NCBI RefSeq assembly: GCF_006345805.1
Contig: NW_021833405.1
Location: 1 to 27,748 of the forward strand
Origin: Octopus sinensis
Lineage: Eukaryota
DNA: 27,748 bases
Direction of reading: 5' to 3'
Shown: positions 11,160 through 22,484 of the stretch, in pieces
How the letters are laid out: each line of letters begins with the position of its first letter
How positions within the stretch are numbered: position 1 is the stretch's first letter
The notes under the pieces: generated by a model
What the model saw: only the letters and a program-made list of their open reading frames with translations
Told to the model about the DNA's origin: nothing
Databases searched by the model: none
Translations under genes and position numbers: made by a program

Positions 11160-12135
11160 TCGTAATGATGTGAGAGGTAGTGGCGGTGATAATAGTAGTT
11201 GTGTCGTCGTAGGGATGGTCACGGGCATGCTAGTAACAGTGTTGGTGGTAGTGAAGGTGGTGGTAGTAGTGGTGTTGGTGCTGGCAGAAATCGTAGAGGC
11301 AAGATTGGCTATGATGGCGAGAGTGGTGGTGGTCGTGGCGGTGAAGGGGTTTGTTGGGGTGATAATGATAATGGTTTTAGTGATAATTGGGATGGAGGCG
11401 GAGTTGTTGTGTTGGAGGTGGTGATGACAAAGTTCTTGAGGAGGCAGTGGCCGAGGAGCAGCGGTGGCGGTGAGGGGTAGTAGTACTGAGTTGGTGTTGT
11501 TGGTGTTGGTGGTGGTGGTGGTGTTGGTGGTGGTGATAGTGATTGTGATGATGATGGTGATGGTGATGATTATGTTGGTGATGGCAGTGGTGGTGGTGGT
11601 GAGGATGATGGTGGTGGTGATGATTGTGGTAGAGATGGTGGTGGTGATGGTGACGGCGGTGGTGGTTGTGTTGGAGATGGTGGTGGTGATAGTGATTGTG
11701 ATGATGATGGTGATGGTGATGATTATGTTGGTGATGGCAGTGGTGGTGGTGGTGAGGATGATGGTGGTGGTGATGATTGTGGTAGAGATGGTGGTGGTGA
11801 TGGTGACGGCGGTGGTGGTTGTGTTGGAGATGGTGGTGATAGTAGAGGTGATGAGGATTTCGGTGGTGGTGGTGGTGGTGGTGGTGGTGATAATGATGGG
11901 TGTGATGATGAGGATTGTGGTGGAGATGGTGGTGATGATGGCGGCGGCGGCGGCGGCGGCGCTGGTGGTGTTGGAAACGGTGGTGCTAGTAGAGTTGATG
12001 ATGATCACGGTGGTGGTGCTGGTGGTGGTGGTGGAGATGGTGGTGGTGGTGATGGTGATGGTGGTGGTGGTGGTGGTCGTCGTCGTTGTCATCGTCGCTA
12101 TGGCGGCGGCGACCGCGGTAGTGTTGTTATTGTTG
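11160..12135. repeat. (GGT/GAT)n low-complexity array containing a ~153-bp tandem duplication
   Basis: The unit marker gatagt recurs at 11535, 11688 and 11838. Confidence 0.9.
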
Positions 12136-12789
12136 TTATACATGCTCGGCTGACCGGAAAAGAACGCAGAACAAAATAATATGGTGGACTGCAAACCTGA
12201 AAATCATTAACACGAAACACAGACACACATACACACATACACAGACCACTACCACCACCATCACCCCTTGTCACTGTCACACCCTCACATCACGTGATGC
12301 TAGAATCGACGCCAACACCCTCACCCTAATCCCCAACTGCTGCAGCCTTTCTGCCGTTGCTTCCCTCCAACAGGCTCCACAGCTTTCTGTAATGAATCAA
12401 CTGTAGCAATGGTCTCCAACACTCCCTCCTAGCACCAATACCATCACAACTACTACCCATACCTCAATCAACAGTGACACTACCACCACAACCACAACAA
12501 GTACTACCACGGCAATCACTGCTATCTACCACCTTCAACTTACAAAATCACTGCCACCAATACAATTGTAGCTTCTACACCACAAACACCGCTACACCAA
12601 TACAACCACCACCACCACCACCACCACCACCACCACCACTACCACCACTACCATTATTGTCACCACCGCAATAATGCTACCTGAACCGACGTCCGACCAC
12701 TGACATCAACTCTAAAACAGTCCTGTCAAAACTACCACCAAGACCACCATTACTAACAACATAGCCACCATCACAATTACCACCATCAC

Positions 12790-12824
12790 TATCGCTACTA
12801 CTACTACTACTACTACTACTACTA

Positions 12825-12898
<74 letters not shown>

Positions 12899-13149
12899 TC
12901 TGCAATGGGCACAATGTCTGAAATGTTTTGGAGGGGGAGGGGAGTTTGTTGATTACATCGACCCAAGTATTTCACTGGTACTTATTTCCTCCAAACCAAA
13001 AACATAAAAGGATAAGTCGACTCCGGGCTAAATACTGCTAAGCATTTCGTCCAGCGTGCTAACAAATCTGCTCGCTCACCGCCTGAATAATAATAATAAT
13101 AATAATAATTATTATTATAATAATAATAATAATGACAATGATGATGATG

Positions 13150-13192
<43 letters not shown>

Positions 13193-13215
13193 TGATGATG
13201 ATGATGATGATGATG

Positions 13216-13255
<40 letters not shown>

Positions 13256-13260
13256 TGATG

Positions 13261-13341
<81 letters not shown>

Positions 13342-13460
13342 TGATGATGATGGCGCGTTTCGTAGAAACGTCAACACCGCTACGATTAATACGAATTCCA
13401 ATAGCAGAAACAGCGTCACCACAAACACCTTCATCATCATCCTCATCATCATCATCATCC

Positions 13461-13495
<35 letters not shown>

Positions 13496-13540
13496 TTTAT
13501 CGGGTTCATTACCATCATCATCGTCATCATCATCATCAAC
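12790..13540. repeat. (ACT)n, (AAT)n, (GAT)n, (CAT)n trinucleotide arrays around a SINE
   Basis: Directly visible. Confidence 0.95.
12908..13084 (-). mobile_element. SINE family B, internally degraded
   Basis: gattacatcgaccc, ctggtactta and gctaagcatttcgtccagcgtgctaac match the other B copies. Confidence 0.75.
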
Positions 13541-13669
13541 ATCATTTCGTTTGTGGTTATGACTGATGCTATTGAAATATTTTGTTGTTTTTAACAAAGT
13601 AGTTTTTTCGATGTCATCTTAATATTATTGTTAGTATTATTTTGTTTTTCTTCATTTTAACCAATGCAT

Positions 13670-13711
13670 AAATAGATATATACATACATGCATATATTCA
13701 TATATAAATAC

Positions 13712-13742
<31 letters not shown>

Positions 13743-13990
13743 AGTACATATTTATATACATACACACACACACAATATATACATACATAAAGTTGTATAA
13801 ACATATATAAATATACATACACATATATACATATATGTACATATGCATATATACATGAGTGTGTATATATATACATATGTGTGTGTGCATTTTGTGTAAT
13901 TTTACGTATGTGAGGGTGTATATGCCCCTTTGGTGTGTATGCATATATAAGATTGCACGTGCATATACGTGCATATATGCATACGTGTGC
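13670..13990. repeat. (TA)/(CA)/(TACA) degenerate microsatellite
   Basis: Directly visible. Confidence 0.9.
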
Positions 13991-15293
13991 TTCCTTATAA
14001 ACACTTCTCTAACGATAAGTATCAACATCAACAACAACAACAACAAGAGTAATAACACCAAAGATAAATATATAAAAGAATAAAATAATTTGTAACAAAC
14101 CAACCATCTAACATATAGAGAGAGAATATGGAATTAAAAAATAACAACGATAACTGCAAGAAAAAGAAAGCGAAATTCGAAGAGGGGGGAATACAAAAAC
14201 AAAAAAAAAAATAGAGAAGTATACTGATAGCGAAAGAAAATATTACAATATAATCATCAATAGAAATAACATAAAAATAATATATAGCATTAAAATATAA
14301 AAAGAAAATATATATAGAAATCATGAAATGTATAAAACCGGAGTGAAAGCCATATAATTTTGTACAGGCTTGTAATCCTAATTGTGGTCGGTAATATGAA
14401 GGTTACTTACTGCTCCAGTGCAATAGAAAGAGAAGCAGTAGAAGAGAAGAAATAGAAAAAGAAAGACAAAAAAAACTGTCGCTCGGCTGATTCGAAACAC
14501 AATTTTTTTCGCTAGCTTGAGTGAATTTGATGGCCAAACTGATCAACTAAGCGACTAACGAACGAGCGATCACTGCAGCCATTTTGCATTTTCTCTCTCT
14601 CTTTCTTTCTCTCTTTCTTACTCTCTCTCTCTCTCTTCGTTCATTTATTTTAGTTTTCATTTTCATCATTCCTATAATTTGTTATTGTTATTGTTGTTGT
14701 GTTTGCTGCTGTTGTTTTATTTGTTCTTGTTTATATTTCTTTTCATTTTTTTTTGATATTTCTGCGTCTAACTTCCATGTATCCATGTAATTTCTTTCCT
14801 TCTCGTTGCTTCTCTCTCTCTCTGTCTCTCTCTCTCTCTCGCTCTCTCAATCTCTCTTTCTCTTTGTCGCTCATCCTCTCTCTTTCTCTTCTTCATTATT
14901 CCTTTCTCTCTGCCCCCTCTCTCTCCTGCGTAATATTTCTTCCTCTATCTCAATCTCTCCACTAGATAGCTAGATCTTCGCTTTTCTTCCTCTCTCTTTC
15001 ACTCTCTCTCCCACTTTGTCTTTATCTTTCTCTCTCTCTCTCTATGAATCTTTCTCTAATAAAGATAGATGAAGTGATAGATAGATATATAGTTTGATGT
15101 ATACATGTGTGTGTATGCGTATGTACATGCTTATACGTATGTATAGTTATATGTGTGTATGTATGGGTCCTTCTGTTTTTTGTCTGTCTGTCAGTCACTC
15201 TCTCTCTCTCTCTGTCTCCTGCTCCTCTGTCTCTCCCTTTCATATAGCATGCTGACGTAGTGGACTGTTGCTGGAGCGCAGTGCGGAGGTTAT

Positions 15294-15640
15294 TGTGGCG
15301 TGGCGTGTCGTGGCGTGGCGTTTTATATGGTTTGAGAAACCGTTGTGTTTCGAGCCATGTTACAATATGATAATTTTAATGGTATAGCATGGTGTATCTA
15401 GTACGGCGTGTCATACGATTCGATTTTCCGTATTATATTATGCTGTGCAATGTGGGGGTAGAGCGATATTTTTTCTTTTCTCTTTATTTTTTGTCTCCTG
15501 AGGTGGCGTAGTGTAGAGTGGTATGGTATGCAGAAGTGTGACATGGCATAATACGTTACAATATACGATATGACATATACTATGGTGTGTGGTATGGCGT
15601 AGGGCCGGAGAATTATGGGATACGTAGAATAGAATATGAA
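15294..15640. repeat. Highly degenerate pentanucleotide array (TGGCG / TATGR / TAGRR-like)
   Basis: 5-nt periodicity read by eye, e.g. tggcg tggcg tgtcg tggcg and tggta tggta, interrupted by a T-rich stretch. Confidence 0.5.
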
Positions 15641-15786
15641 GGCAATACTTAACAAATATGCTTACAGTGATTTTTAACACGCTTCTATGAATAGAAGGCG
15701 TTCATTTGTATTATTTATGTTTCCAACTTGATGCTTAATTATCAGATTAATGTTAACTATATTTTATTCAAAATCATAAAAGTATT

Positions 15787-15977
15787 CTTCTTCTTCTTCT
15801 TCTTCTTCCTTCTTCTTCTTTCTTCTTCTTCTTCTTCTTCTTCTTTTCTTCTTCTTCTTCTCTTCTTCTTCTTCTTCTTCTTCTCTTCTTCTTCTTGTTT
15901 TTCTTCTTCTTCTTCTTCTTCTTCTTCTTCTTCTTCTTCTTCTTCTTTCTTATATTATTATTATTATTTTATTATCA

Positions 15978-16022
<45 letters not shown>

Positions 16023-16045
16023 CATTATTATTATTATCATCATCA
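15787..16045. repeat. (TTC)n followed by (TTA)n
   Basis: Directly visible. Confidence 0.97.
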
Positions 16046-16049
16046 ATAA

Positions 16050-16264
16050 GGTGACGAGTTGGCAGAAACGTTAGTACGCCGGGCGAAATGCTTAGCGGTA
16101 TTTCGTCTGTCTTTACGTTCTGAGTTCAAATTCCGACTCGGCCGATTTTGCCCGTCATCCTTTCGGGGTCGATAAATTAGGTACCAGTTGCGTACTGGGG
16201 TCGATGTAATCGACTATTCCCCTCTCCCCACCAAATTTCAGGCCGTGTTCCTACAGCACAACGG
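16050..16264 (+). mobile_element. SINE family B, full length, copy 1 of a tandem pair
   Basis: GAGTTGGCAGAAACGTTAG head, GAGTTCAAATTCC B box, core and tail; flanked by (TTA)n. Confidence 0.9.
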
Positions 16265-16289
16265 ATTATTATTATTATTATCATTATTA

Positions 16290-16358
<69 letters not shown>

Positions 16359-16453
16359 CATTATTATTATTATTATTATTATATTATTATTATTATTATT
16401 ATTTATTATTATTATATTATTATTATACATTATTATATTATCATCATCAATAA

Positions 16454-16664
16454 GGTGACGAGTTGGCAGAAACGTTAGTACGCGGGCGAAATGCTAGCGG
16501 TATGTCGTCTGTCTTTACGTTCTGAGTTCAAATTCCGACTCGGCCGATTTTGCCCGTCATCCTTCGGGGTCGATAAATAGGTACCAGTTGCGTACTGGGG
16601 TCGAGGTAATCGACTATTCCCCTCTCCCCACCAAATTTCAGGCCGTGTTCCTACAGCACAACGG
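16454..16664 (+). mobile_element. SINE family B, full length, copy 2 of a tandem pair
   Basis: Nearly identical to 16050-16264, including the 5' flank (tcatcaataagg) and diagnostic bases; period ~404 bp. Confidence 0.9.
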
Positions 16665-16787
16665 ATTATTATTATTATTATTATCATTATTATTATTATT
16701 ATTATTATTATTTATATTATTATTATTATATTATTATTATTATTATTATTTTATTATCATATTATTATTATTATTATTATTATATTC

Positions 16788-16827
<40 letters not shown>

Positions 16828-16851
16828 CATTATTGTTATTATTATTATTAT

Positions 16852-17344
16852 ATTCTAGGTTTGACTTTTGCTTTGCATTTGTACAAGTTGGCTCTAAGTC
16901 TCACCCAGATCCCTCAAGAGACAACAAGTTGGAAGTTCATGCTGGTGTTATGACTAGGGTGTCATATAATTGGTTTCGTACATAGTGTTGTTCTAGAGAC
17001 TGTTTAAGAAACCATACGAAAATTATGCGTTTGTTTTAAAATTTGAGATTACATAGAAAGTATTTTACGTAGGATATGGGCAGTTCCTACGAGCACTATC
17101 TTTTGAATTTCTGCCATTTTCAGGTTTCCTGGTATCTGAGCTAGGTAGCAAACAGCTCCTTTTGCTATCATTCTTAGGGCACCTACGACAACAGGTATTG
17201 TTTTAGTCTTCAAGTTCAACATTTTGCTAATTTCTATTTCAAGATCTTTATACTTGCTCAGTTTTTGATAGGTCTTGACAGATACATTTATGTCGGTTGG
17301 GACAGTCATATCCATGAGGAGGCATGATTTCTGTCTAAAGTTTT
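16852..17344 (-). mobile_element. 3' end of an R4/Dong-type non-LTR retrotransposon (restriction-like endonuclease C-terminus plus 3' UTR) inserted in (TAA)n
   Basis: The frame reads FRQKSCLLMDMTVPTD...KLSKYKDLEIEI...TKTIPVVVGAL...KIVLVGTAHILRKILSM* (stop 17049-17051), i.e. RLE-type DxTVP and KxxKYxxL motifs. (TAA)n lies on both sides in element orientation. Confidence 0.8.
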
Positions 17345-17366
17345 ATCATTATTATTATTATTATTA

Positions 17367-17424
<58 letters not shown>

Positions 17425-17486
17425 GATCATCATAATCATCATCATCATTATCATCATCATCATCATCATCATTATTATTATTATTA

Positions 17487-17542
<56 letters not shown>
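17345..17542. repeat. (TTA)n/(TCA)n array
   Basis: Directly visible. Confidence 0.97.
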
Positions 17543-17960
17543 GGAAAACAGATCGATACTTTCCAACAAAGATGTAGCTAAAGAATCCTGGGCATTAGAC
17601 GACAAAATAAAATTATGAAGGAGAACGTACTTCGATTAACCTATTTCACACCCTTACCTCTTTTCATCAAGTGCAGAAGAATTCAACTGAAAGTTAATGT
17701 CCTATGAATAAAGGACGAGATCCCAGCACGAACTGCAATGACAAGGTTACATGATTACCAGCTGGTCAGTGGCCAAATGAGTAGGCTGAAATACACCTTG
17801 AGATCCACGTTAATTGATGTCATGTGCAGCTGTGGCACATGCTGATGTCAAGTACCAACGCTTGTCAAAGACAAAAAAAAATGGAAGTGCAGTGACCCGC
17901 TGCCGTGGCGCAGGAGAAAACAGATGACCAGATCCATTAAAGCATTAGAGAAGAATCCAT

Positions 17961-18131
17961 TGCAGTATTTCCTCCGGGTTTTTATGTCCTGAGTTCATAT
18001 TCCGCTGAGGCCACCTTTGCCGATCATCTCTCTGGGCTCGTTAAAATAAAGTACCACTCAAGAATAGAAGTGGATGTAATCGATTTAAACCCCTCCTTTC
18101 AAAACTTTTGACCTTGCGCCAAAATTTGAAA
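17961..18131 (+). mobile_element. Old, degenerate SINE family B copy
   Basis: gagttcatattccgctgagg, aaagtaccac, gatgtaatcgattt and gaccttgcgccaaaatttgaaa resemble family B. Confidence 0.6.
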
Positions 18132-18750
18132 GCCGCCACTGGAATCAGGCAATTGATCTCTGTCCAACTTGACAATACTGGGACATAGTAGCATATCCGA
18201 GGCTGCAAAAATCACTAATGAAATAACCTCGAGTCACGAGATTTAAATCTAGTCAGCAAGAGTAAGACCTGGATATCCAGAATGCTTGTACGTACGTCTT
18301 TCCAAACATTTTGTCACATTCTTGTACATCTTTCCACCTGCTATTAGTGCTAATGCTCAAGTGAAAATTGCCACATTAGACTCACACTAAGACTGTCTGG
18401 GGGCAAGCATCCACTAGACCCAGTGTTTGTAACTATTGCGCATGTCGGAGAAAGATACCAAATGAGTTGTTTTTTCTTTCCTTTTCGTTGCTAGTCTGCT
18501 CGCGCACCACATCTTTCTCGTTTTGGGAACATGTCGTTTTCACCAAAAATACCCCCTTTTCTGCACACTAGCCTCATTCTGACACCTACGTAAATCAAAA
18601 TAAAAGCTTTAAAGTGAATTGACATTAAACATGACGAAGATTCTTAAGCAAAGAAGAATTCAATCAAATGTAGCTGCTTCTTATTGGTGTATGCTTGTAC
18701 CGAACTTTTGCAGTGTTGCAAAATCTTGTTCCATTCCACTGCACTGCTCA

Positions 18751-18920
18751 GGATCTCACTTGTTTCAGGGTTGTCCAAGGAAATGATACAAACATATATT
18801 GATAATGTTTAAAAGTCAACTATCAAAGCAGATTACATAACCTGATATTCCGTATTTATTGAGGGAGTGCGGGCTGCTATGTCAAACAGCTTCGAGAGTC
18901 AATAGTCAGCCGATCTGACT
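18751..18920 (+). pseudogene. Ancient 3'-end remnant of a CR1/L2-group LINE
   Basis: With frameshifts it reads GSHLFQ.., MFKSQL, PDIP and VRAAMSNSFESQ, in the same order as GPRLFN, VFKVGL, PDEP and MRTAASNSLMHQ of the LINE at 1788-3239. Confidence 0.45.
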
Positions 18921-19325
18921 CTTATTTGGCTAGTGTAAAACCCATTAAAAAAAAATAATGAAATGTGAAAATGTAAGAAAAGCAAAATTGGTAAGTGTCG
19001 AATGAAAAATGAAAGTATTTGATGCATTGAGAAAGTGTACTAGATTTTGTTTTCTATAAATCGACAAGATGAAATAGACGGAAAACAGAAAAATGTCAGT
19101 TGTGTATTCACGATTTTCCTCGCAATAAATAATTACCAATGACCATGTTTTCGAAATGGCCAGCTTCATAAAGTTAATGAAGGGGCTGTTGGATGATCTA
19201 CTTATGTAATATCGGATGTCTAAGGTTGCTGGTTTTGGTTACATAAAATGAGTGCTTCATATATGTTTCCTGTATTAAAAAGAAAAAAATGTCCCAGTAT
19301 ATTTACGGCTATAAGTTATCAGTGT

Positions 19326-19443
19326 TACTAGGCTTACAATGAATACGTCCAGGGGTCGATTTGCTCGACTAAAGGAGGTGCTCCAGCATGGCCGCAGTCA
19401 AATGACTGAAACAAATAAAAGAGCAAAAGAGTAAAAAGAGTAA
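19326..19443 (+). mobile_element. SINE family A, 3' module with tail
   Basis: ggggtcgatttgctcgactaaagg..gtgctccagcatggccgcagtcaaatgactgaaac followed by an (AAAAGAGT)-like tail. Confidence 0.85.
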
Positions 19444-19688
19444 CTCGGGAGGGACTTTGTGCCAATAATAAGCACACACACTGAGTGTGTTTAATATGTG
19501 AATAGGACATGACAAAAGGATGGTTTCCGTCACCCATGGGTCCCTTCTATTGGTAGCATAAAATTGGAGTGACTTGGGAGGGTAGGATTCTAGTGTATTA
19601 TGACTGTTGGACAGGTAAAATGAGGCAGAATTTGCAAGGCATAGTTTGGTAGAGGTCTGTTTAGAAGAAGGAGATTACGCGAGTTGAT

Positions 19689-19806
19689 AGCACCTACTTT
19701 AGTCGAGCAAATTACTCCTGGACGTATTCTTTGTAAGCCTAGTACTTATTCTATTGGAACCATGTGGTTGGTTAGCAGGCTACTTACCACACAACCACTC
19801 TGCGCC
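19689..19806 (-). mobile_element. SINE family A with ~250-bp internal deletion
   Basis: Matches ~25611-25676 joined directly to ~25926-25977. Confidence 0.8.
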
Positions 19807-19839
19807 TATATATATAATATATAATATATCTATATATAT

Positions 19840-19874
<35 letters not shown>

Positions 19875-19906
19875 TATATATATATAATATATAGATAATA
19901 TGATAT

Positions 19907-20090
19907 AAGGAAATGAAGAAAATGCTGACGAATATTTAAGTAATTTAAGTAATTTTAATTAGGTGAAAGTTCTTTTACCGGTTGCGCATTTGTTATGCTT
20001 ATCAAAAGATGTTTTTTTAAGAGAGATAGAGTTACTTTCTGATAGATTTTTCCCTCTTATCTGATTTTATGTTGGGTTTGCTGTCTCTTA
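19907..20090 (-). mobile_element. Short 3' fragment of another PLE family between two (TA)n tracts, with degenerate hammerhead at 19971-20010
   Basis: Minus strand reads TTGATAA-GCAT-aacaa-ATGC-GCAA-CCGGT-A (stem II 4 bp, palindromic ACCGGT), then a ~70-nt tail into (TA)n. Confidence 0.5.
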
Positions 20091-20104
20091 ATATATATAT
20101 ATAT

Positions 20105-20264
20105 GTCCAACTTTCTGCTTAGCCATCAATCTCTCTTCCTGCCTATCTATCTACCTAACTATCTATCTGTCTGTCGTCTGCCTATCTATCTGTCTGTCAG
20201 ATTGGCTGCCTGTTAGTCGACCTATCTATTCATCTTTCAATCACAGTGAGTGCTTTCTCAGACG
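20105..20264 (+). repeat. Local dispersed duplicate 'Y' (copy 1)
   Basis: Direct repeat of 25994-26153 with a handful of substitutions. Confidence 0.9.
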
Positions 20265-20267
20265 TAT

Positions 20268-20320
<53 letters not shown>

Positions 20321-22295
20321 TGTTATATTTCGGAATGGTCATATTGCCAGTTTAGCAATAAAAACACACGCACTATATATTTGGTGTTATTTTGCTTCAG
20401 TGATTATTATTTTTTTACATTAATCTTAATCTTATTTCGGCACAAAGTTCTTCGTCACACTCCTGTGACCGCATCAGTGGTCCTTTGTTTTCTCTCACTT
20501 ACTGGTGTCTCTCCTTACTAACCGTCAGCCATTTTATATTTGTATTGTATGTCTTCATTTGCGCATGTTTATATCTCTATGTGCGTCTATGTTTATTAGT
20601 GTGTGTGTGGGGGGGGATGCCTGTAATATTTGTATCTTCTGGTTAATACATTCTTGTAATTTGTATTTTGTTTTTGTTGTTGTTGCTTTTGTTCTAATTT
20701 TGTTCATGGTTTTACATCCACCCATTATTATCATTACATATGCTTGTATGTATGTATAACAACAATATTAGTAATAATAATAATAAATCTAATCGAAGGA
20801 AAAAAAAAAAAAGGAAATATACATATACATAATATATACATACACATACATATACATTATATATACATATACACACACATATATACACATATACATATAC
20901 ATATATATACATATACATATATATAGATATTTATTTCTATTTCTTTAATTACCTGTGTATTTATTATGTTTGCAGGATCCACTATTGTCATATGTTGTGG
21001 TGTGCGCTATTGCTCCATTCTAGTTTTCTATTCAGGCTAGGTTATTCTATTATATGTGTAGCTTCTGAATTGTCTAATTGTTGCATCTGTTCTATGTGTG
21101 GACAATATCTTAATCTCTATGTTATGATTGATCCCCCGTATTCTTGTTCGGCGTGTTGGTACAGAATCGATGAGCTTTTACCTTCCTTGAGTTGTCTCCA
21201 ATGTTCATTCACCCGCTCACCAATGCTTCTTGCAGTTTCCCCTACGTATGTTACTGTCTTGGTACTGCATCGTCCCTCTATACATCTTATACTATAGACC
21301 ACATTTCTGGCTTTACAGTTCGTTTGTGGGCCTAAATCTACATACAGTGCAATAGTATCGTACAGAGAGTTCTACTAAAAGGATAGCTTCTACCAATTAT
21401 AGATCTGATAGGGTTGCCTGGCTTTTCAACAACCTTAATTCTTAGTTTAAGTTTATCTAGGGTCCTTCTAAGCGGTACGCTAGTTCACCTCCAGGGGTGG
21501 TGTCAACGAACATGACACTCTGGTATTATGGCTATCATACAAGAGTTGGCCTTCCCTATTTTCTTTTTTGTCCTTTCTATAGTGTTCCATGACTTGTTCC
21601 TATAGAGTGGGCAAATCCCATTCTCTCCTATCATTACATAATATATTATCAAATTTCTTCATGGCTCCTTTGTATACTCTGATCCTTTCTTTATAGCTGT
21701 AACCTGAGAACTGCATGCGGTGAATGAAGTACTGTATGTGTCTCTTTAATTCTGTAGGCTCGCACATGCGTGACACATTTCTCATTATTCTGATGAGGTC
21801 TGCCATCAAAATATTGAATTTGGCATTGCCCGCAATGGCTGAGTTCCGGTGGATCAGGTATTTTGAGGCCATAGGTTTTGCATAGTATGAATGAAGGATT
21901 TGGGTTTATTTTTCACAATTTCTAGCCAGAGTTCAGTGTCTAGTACTGGTAGTCTATGGTTGGGGTGTTTAGTGGGGTAGTCTATTGTGACCTTAATACT
22001 CTGGTGGATTGAGTTAGCTATTTGCTGGATGCTTCCATAGTATTAGTTTCTATTACTATATCAACAGTACTCTCTTGGGGGGTGCCTTTATACTATATTG
22101 ATATCATCAACATAGCGAGAGTACATGTTACGAGTATGGATTTCTGCAGTAGGCATTCTTTAAGCCTTCTGTCCCACCATACCATGAAGAGGTTGGCCAC
22201 ATCACCAGCGATACTAAAACCGATGGCTGCCCCCTCGTCCTGGGCATATATTTTATTATTACATTTAAATGTGTGGCCTTTTAGGGTAACTCTTA
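20321..22295 (-). mobile_element. Penelope-like retroelement, left arm (5'-truncated RT C-half, Cys-rich linker, GIY-YIG endonuclease, 3' UTR)
   Basis: Reverse complement of 23086-25075. Encodes ...YAKPMASKYLIHRNSA... and VVYSIRCIEGRC...YVGETARSIGERVNEH...LYQH; ORF ends at 20988-20990. Confidence 0.92.
20439..20483 (-). ncRNA. Minimal type I hammerhead-like motif in PLE 3' UTR (left arm)
   Basis: Reverse complement of 24913-24957 with small indels. Confidence 0.5.
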
Positions 22296-22484
22296 GGTAG
22301 ATAGATAGGCAGGAAGAGAGATTGATGGCTAAGCAGAAAGTTGGACATATATATATATAATATAAGAGACAGCAAACCCAACATAAAATCAGATAAGAGG
22401 GAAAAATCTATCAGAAAGTAACTCTATCTCTCTTAAAAAAACATCTTTTGATAAGCATAACAAATGCGCAACCGGTAAAAAGAA
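22293..22484 (-). other. Templated insertion: inverted copy of the flank 19970-20158 between the two PLE arms
   Basis: Reverse complement of 19970-20158 except for homopolymer/TA-length differences. TTA microhomology at 22293-22295. Confidence 0.92.

Noticed and set aside
11022-12194. 390-aa Thr-rich ORF as a mucin gene
   Set aside because: It has a TTG start, is derived from triplet repeats, has no signal peptide and ends inside a SINE. Kept only as a low-interest note.
12982-13597. Poly-M/Y/N/D/S ORFs
   Set aside because: Pure trinucleotide-repeat translations.
16050-16664. CRISPR-like repeat-spacer array
   Set aside because: The context is eukaryotic, the repeats are SINEs and microsatellites, and there are no regular unique spacers or cas genes.
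19450-19685. Possible LINE linker remnant (DPWVTETI on the minus strand)
   Set aside because: A single short motif with no further supporting homology visible.
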